DNA from: Cyanophora paradoxa CCMP329
Taxonomy: Eukaryota; Plantae; Glaucophyta
NCBI GenBank assembly: GCA_004431415.1
Contig: QPMI01000515.1
Location: forward strand, 186,001 to 250,000
DNA length: 64,000 bases
Direction of reading: 5' to 3'
Numbering within the stretch: the stretch's first letter is position 1; every line of letters begins with the position of its first letter. The translations under genes and the position numbers were made by a program. The notes under the pieces were generated by a model that saw only the letters and a list, made by a program, of their open reading frames with translations, did no database searches and was not told where the DNA came from. This document shows, one piece after another, positions 57,926 to 64,000 of this stretch.

Positions 57926-60900
57926 CTACAGGGAGGGCCCGTTGCGGAGGATGTGCCTCATGAACTTGATGAAGCGCGCCTGCGTGCGGGGTCGGCGTCA
58001 GCCTCAGCCTCAGCCTTCTCCTCAGATGCGGGGCCCCTTCTTGAACAGCGAGCGGAGCCCGGCCCTCCCTCCCTTCCGCGTTCTATCGAGCCCGAGAGGT
58101 AGCCCTCTAATCCCTCGGGCTCCCGTCTACCCCCGGCGCCTCGTTCGTCCGCCCCCGCACTCGCCTGGTACTGCTTCGGGGGTACCGCCGAGATCGTCCC
58201 CTCGTCCGCCACGAACCCCTGCGGACGGCCGGCCCTCAGGCGGGGTACAGGATTGACGGAAAAAAGGAGCGGAGGGGGGTACCTTGAAGAAGTTCTCGAG
58301 GTCCTTGGCGAAGGACCACTCGGTGAGGTAGTCTGCGGGCGGGCGGGCGTCGTCACACACGCACCCGAAAAGAACAACAACAACAACAACAGCAATCACT
58401 GTTCTAAAACTTTCCAAGTGTCTCTCTTTCGTTCTCTCCTGTTTATGTTTATCTGTTAACGTGTTCTTCCTCACCGATGAGGCCGATGTAGTAGGCCGTG
58501 GAGCGGTCCGAGGAGACGATGGTGCCCGGGGTGAGCACCGTCCCCTCCCGCACCTTGTGCACGCCCTGCGGTGAGGGGGGGGGGGGGGCAGGGCCGCCGC
58601 GGCGTGAGACGCCTGGCGGGGTACAGGACGGAAGATGGACGGGGAGATTAGGGGGTGCTGTGAAACGAGGAGTGCTACAAAAACATCCTATAAAACATTC
58701 TTCTCAGAGGGCGCCAAACGCCCCGGGGCGACTCGGCATTCGAGCTCGAAAGCACTCATTCGGGGCGGGCGGGCCGGACGACGAGGGGGTAGATAGATAT
58801 GATAGATAATAGAAGAAGATACTATGACAGATAAAAGATCGCGAGGGGCCATAATGCTATGATGTTTAATGCGGCGGGCGCACGACAAGGAGGGGGTAGT
58901 CCATAAGGTCGAAGGCGGAAAAGGAAAGACGAAATTCGAAGGCTTAAAGATCCTAAGAAAGAAAGAACGAAATTCTATCGCCAAAGATCCTAAGAAAGAA
59001 AGAAGAGCGGAACTCTAAGATATCCCAAGGGGCCAAGGGGCGGGAAGCTTAAGCTTAAGGGGGCGGGCGGGGCGGACGACGAGGAGGGAGTAGTCCATGA
59101 GGTCGAAGGCGGCGAGTAGGGCGCTGTCCCGCTCCAGCATCACGAGGAGCTTCTCCGCCGCGGCGCCCACGTCGAACGGCTGCGGGAAGCGAGGGGAGAG
59201 GGGTGAGGCAGGCGAGGGAGGGGGCGGCGAGAAGAGCGGGCGATGCAGCGGATTTCTTCCGACGAAAAGGTGCTGGCGGCGGCTCCGGGCTCCTACTACT
59301 ACCGCTTCTCCTAGGACCGGACTGCAGCCCTACTCTCCCGGGCTACTGCTGCTACTAGTAGCACTCCTAGAGCCTAGAGCCTGCGGGGGGCGGGTGGGGG
59401 CGCCTGGGCTGCTGCTGCTCGGCGAGGCGAGGCGAGGCGGACCTTCTTGACGTTGAGGTCCTTGTGGATGAAGGCGTCCTCCGCCGCCAGCCGCTCGTGC
59501 GTCGACCCCTAAGGGGGGGGGGGGGGGGGGGGGGGGGGGGGTGAGAGTGGGGAGGGCGGGGGAGGGGGAGCGAGGGGCCCGTCTAGCCGACGGGCGGGGC
59601 GGAGGGCGGGGGAAGGGCGGAGGGACGTCCCCCCGTCTAGCCGTCTAGCCGTCCGGGGACGGGCATCTAGTCGTCTGACTCTCTGCGGGCGGGAGGCTGG
59701 GGGGGCAGGGGGCCCGCGCGTGCCTTGAGGTCGTAAAGGCGCTGGAGCTCGTTGGGCGTGTCCAGCACGTTCGCCACCTGCGAGGAGAGGCGCGCGTGAG
59801 GCGCGGGCGGAGGAGGAGTGGACCGGTTCGCGTTCTTGGGGGGCGGGGGCGCGGGGGGGTACAGGCGCACGACGACGAAGGGGATGCCGTTGATCTTGTG
59901 CAGGCCGTAGATCTGGGGGGACAGGGGGCGCGCATCAGCGTCGGCGAGGGCGCCCCCTCTGTTCGCGCGGAGGAGGCGACGGGGGAAGCGAGCCCGGGGT
60001 ACCCTCCTTTCTATTCTGGGGCGCCAGAGGGCGCCCCCTCCGTCCGCTCGCGCGGAGGGGAGCGAGTCGGGGGGCGAGTCCCCTCCTATTCGAGTACCCT
60101 CTTTTCCTATTCTAGGGCCGGCGGGGCAGGGCGGGGCGGGGCGGGCGCGCATCAGCGTCGGCGGGGGCGGGGGCGTCCCGAGGCAAGAGAGTCAGGGGCA
60201 CCCTCCTCTCTAGTCTAGGGCGGGGCGGGGCGGGGCGGGACGGGGCGGGGCGGGGGCACCCGCATGAGCATGGTCTCGCGCCCGTGCTTCTCGATGTGCC
60301 CGTACAGCGCCGGCAGCAGCTGCGCGGAAGGGGGAGCGTCAGGGAGGAGGGGGGGAAGGAAGCGGGATGGGTACGGGGCGGGCATGCCTTGAGGAGGGGC
60401 TTGAACTCGCGCATGGGGATCGTCTTCGCCATGTACTGCGCGGGGCGGGCAAGCCGCTCAGCCCGGCGGGGCCGGCCCTGGCCGGCGGCGAAGGGGGAGA
60501 AAGGGGGGGGGGGGTACCGCACCCGGCCGTCCGGGGTGTGGAAGAAGAGGGAGCCGGACTTGCCCGCCGACACCTGCCGGCCAACCGTCCGTCCGTGAGA
60601 CGGGCGGCGCGGGGGGCGCCAGGCCAGGTTCGCTTGCTCGCTCGCTCGCGAGGGGCCCCTCGAGCAGCCGACCGGCCCCCACTCCCCGCCCCCCCAGCGA
60701 AGAAGCTGGCGGCGTGCCCTCCCCCAGCACCACCGCCGAGGGAGGCCCCGCCCACCCCCGCCCAGCCCCATCGGATCGGACCTGGGCGGTGAGGGAGGCG
60801 AGGTCGCCGAGCAGCAGCCGCGCGAAGAGCTGCCCCCGGAGGCTTAGTCCGAGGAGAGGGGGGGGGAGGTGGGGGGAAGGGGGAGGGGAGGGGCCGGGAC

Positions 60901-63094
60901 CTGGGCGGGCCCGATGGACTCGAGGTAGGCGTCCTCCTCCACCCCGTCCATCCCCCGCAGCGCCCGGAACACCTCCGGCGCTGCCCGCGCGGGACGCCAA
61001 GGTGAGAAGGGCAGCGGAGAGAACTAGCATCTATCTTCGTGCTCCCGGCTTTCTTTCTCGGTGAGAATCGAGCAGCCCGGAGCAGCCTTGGTTTCCTAGC
61101 CACTTCTAGAATCTTGAAATCTCTAGTTTGGGAGGGACGTGGGGAGGGAGGGAGGGGGCGGCACCGTAGTCCTCGAACTTGTAGGCGCTGCCAGCCTGCA
61201 CCAGCTCGTTGCTCTGGGTGAGGTACGCGGTTAGGAGGAGGGGGAAGGGTAGGGGAAGCGAGGGGAACGGAAGGCCAAGGGGGCGGGTACCGGGATCTCG
61301 AACTCGTTGACGTACGTGAAGGACTCCTGGATGTACGGGTATGGGAAGAAGGCCGGGGGTGGGGAAGAAGCGAAAGGGGGGGTACGGAGCCGCGCACGGG
61401 GGAGGGCTTGAAGGGCTTCGGCAAGCTATCCCACCGCTCGTGGGCCGCCTCTCCCGCCGCCCGCTGCGCGAACGAAGGTGGAAAGGGAGGGGGGTACCGC
61501 GCCTCAGCGTTCCGAGCGAGGATTCCGCGGGGAGGGGAGGGGTACCGCACCATGCCGATCATCATGGAGACGACGAGGGCCCACTCCTTCTGGCCCCAGC
61601 TCACCGGCAGCTCCTTGCCTGTCCGGATTCGCGCAGGCGCCCGTTGAGAGACGGGAGGAGGAGGAGGAGGGAAGGGGGGTACGCCGCACTGTGTCCCTTG
61701 CGCTGGTTGAATCGCGCGTCGGAGCGGCGGTTGCTGCCCATCCCCAGGAGGGCCTGGCGCCCCAAAAGTCAATCTCAAATTCAAATCATGGTGGGGGGGG
61801 AGAGACGGGCTCACTTGAGCTTCGTGGTCCGAGGCCAGCCCCTCGCAGAACTCGTTCTTGTCGATGAGCCCGTCCCGGTTCCGGTCCCTGCGCGGCGGCC
61901 CCCGCCGGATTCGAACCGGAGACCACAGGGCGGATGGGAGGAAGAGAGGGTACAGTGCGCACAGCTTCGCGAAGAGCCGGTTGCTGATCTCGATGATGTC
62001 GGGCCGGACCTGCGTTGGGGGGGGGGGGGGGGGGGGGGGGGGTGAGCCGGACGGGGGAAGGGGGGTACGGGAGCACTGAGAGAGCGCGGCGCGCCTTGCG
62101 CTTGCGGGGGTCCACGAGAGCCAACGTGTCGATCACGGATCCCAGCATGGCCTGCATCTGATCCCCGTACCCCGGCTCGGATCTTGGGGGGGGGTTAGCG
62201 GGGTACGGGCAGGGGCACCTCGGTCTTCGCCACGAACTTGTCTGCGTGGAGGAGAGGGGAGGGGCGATGCGTCATGGGAGGGGTACGGGGCGGAACAGAC
62301 AGGAGGCATCGTACCCTGGTCGTGGTCGAACATGCGGAAGGCGAAGCCCTGGGGGGTAGCAGGAGTTCAGTTCGGGGAGGGAGGGAAAGAGGAGCAGCCG
62401 GGATTCGAACCAGCTTCGTGCGGAGGTCCCCGCGAGAGAGGACGCCAAGAGCGCCGATGAACTCGGGGATGGAGATGCGCCCGTCGCCGTCGAAGTCGAA
62501 CGCCTGCGGCGAAAGAAAGGGCATCGGGGCGGGGCGGGGCGGGGCGGGGAGGGCGGGGGGAGGAAGCGGGCGGAAAGGGCCCCGGCGCGCCTTGAAGAGG
62601 GAGCGGCCAAGAACATTCGATCCGAAGTGCTTCACGAACTCCTCTGCGGGGCGCGCCGGGCGTCCGTTGGGCGGGGCGGGGCGGGGCGGGAACGAGGCGA
62701 GGCGAGGCGGGGCGGGGCGCTGGCCGCCAAGACGCGGGGCGAAGCGAACCGGGGACGAGGACGCCGTCGTTGTCGCTGTCGAGCGCCTTGAAGCGCCTGC
62801 CGCGACCGCTTAGTTCGAGGCGATGCCAGGCGGCCGAGGCGCGGCCGACGGCTGACGGGACGGGGCGCGGCGGGGCTGTCGCACCGACTCAATTCCTCCA
62901 GCTGTGCGGCGCTAAGGTCCGCGGCCTTGAGCTGCGAACGAGTCTGAGCGGCCAGCGCGGCAGCTGACGTGGTCAAGGGCGAAGCGCACCGCGGCACGCG
63001 GGCTCATCGAGGAGATGAGCTCGGCATACGCCGCGGGCTTCGCGGGCCCTTCCTCGCGCACATCCGTCGCGGGCGTGGATTCCGAAGCGCCCAT
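57926..63094 (-). CDS. Phosphatidylinositol-4-phosphate 5-kinase with N-terminal myristoylation motif and EF-hand (NCS/calcineurin-B-like) domain
   Basis: MGASES (MGxxxS). EF-hands ALDSDNDGV, AFDFDGDGRISIPEFIGAL, MFDHDQ and DRNRDGLIDKNEF. Kinase motifs YKFEDY, SAGKSGSLFFHTPDG, YMAKTI, LYDLKGSTHER, MDYS, YIGLI, TISAVPPKQYQARFIKFM. Confidence 0.92.
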
Positions 63095-63287
63095 CTGCTC
63101 GCCGTGTGCTGCTCGCTATACCGCTCTACCGGCTAGGTTCGGCCCAGCGTGCTATATGCTGCGTCCCGAGCAGTTCGAAATCGCCGCCGCCGCAGGAACA
63201 CGAAACTTCGGTTAGCTGCACGCCGTACCCCGCAGCCCCAAAGTTTTGCCGTGCGGCCCACACCTAAGCTTTGGAGCGCGCGCGGCA
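63095..63287. promoter_or_regulatory. Compact bidirectional promoter region
   Basis: Only 193 bp separate the divergent ATGs of the PIP5K and SRAP genes. Inferred from geometry only. Confidence 0.5.
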
Positions 63288-64000
63288 ATGTGCGGCCGGG
63301 CGGCGCTAGGTCTTGCACCCGACGAGCTCCAGTCCGCGACGAAGGCGCGCGGATGGGTCGGGCGGGACAAGTACCGACCGAAGTACAACGTCAGCCCGTG
63401 CCTGAGGCGCGTACGCGACCACCGCGGCTGACACTGAGCCCCGGCAGGTCGCGCCGACCAGCTTCAATCCCGTGCTGCGGGCGGCGAGCGCGCGGCAGCG
63501 CGGCGGAGCCAAGGACGACGGCATCGCGCCGGCTTCGAAGGCCGCCGACGACGGAATAGTCGACGTTGACCTGGAGGCGGAACTCGAGACGACGGCGGCG
63601 GCGGCGGCGGCGGAGCTCGAGGCGGAGGGAGACGAGCTCGAGAAGAGGCCCGTGCGCGTGCTGCACCAGGTCGGCGCGTTCGGAGGCTAAGCGTGCGCGC
63701 TTTCGGGTGCTGACACGCACTTTAGATGAAGTGGGGTCTCGGTTCGCGCTTCCGCCGCCGCGGATCCAGAGCGCGCGCGTGCTCACTCGGGGCGCTCGCT
63801 GGCCGCGGTCGCAGTCGCATCGTACGAGAAAGAGATGCGGAAGGACATTTCCACGATCAACGCGCGGGGCGAGTCGGTGCACTCGGCGCCCCGCCCCTCT
63901 CGCAGGCTCCAGATTTGATCGCCGCCTCAGCTCGAGAGCAGCGGGATGTGGCGCCGCCTGCTGGCTCGCCGCCGCGCCGTTTACTTCTGCGAGGGATTCT
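63288..64000 (+). CDS. HMCES: SRAP-domain abasic-site processing protein (HMCES/YedK family), 3' end outside window
   Basis: MCGR N-terminus with catalytic Cys2; YRPKYNVSP; MKWGL; TINARGES; MWRRLLARRRAVYFCEGF. Confidence 0.92.

Noticed and set aside
59513-59541. Long G/C homopolymers (also ~10762, 35871, 36975, 43213, 62017) as functional G-quadruplex elements
   Set aside because: They mostly lie in C-rich introns typical of this genome, their lengths are unreliable, and nothing specific indicates function.

Overview
GC-rich, intron-dense eukaryotic DNA with short GT/GC-AG spliceosomal introns. A unicellular alga or protist is likely, but the taxon cannot be fixed from sequence alone. Most long ORFs in the six-frame track are GC-rich artefacts, so gene models were rebuilt by eye across introns and exon boundaries are approximate. 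Layout: (1) 1-5.4 kb nested transposon cluster: a TA-flanked TIR element, a tandem Helentron/DINE-like element with ~149-bp internal repeats inside it, and poly(A)-tailed retroposon pieces. (2) 6-19 kb: a Ser-Pro-rich surface glycoprotein gene and hypothetical genes. (3) 21.7-26.6 kb: a young gag-only LTR retrotransposon with TSD, PBS, repeated PPT motifs and internal anti-PBS hairpins. (4) 27-29.8 kb: palindrome-rich DNA with hAT-type and TA-type MITEs. (5) 29.8-43.5 kb: a near-identical tandem duplication carrying an atypical homeobox gene with an LNK-like motif pair, plus the 3' part of a coiled-coil gene. (6) 46.3-57.4 kb: a GT48 1,3-beta-glucan (callose/FKS) synthase. (7) 57.9-63.1 kb: a myristoylation-motif EF-hand/PIP5K fusion gene, head-to-head with an SRAP/HMCES gene that runs off the window. 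No rRNA, complete tRNA or CRISPR array was seen.
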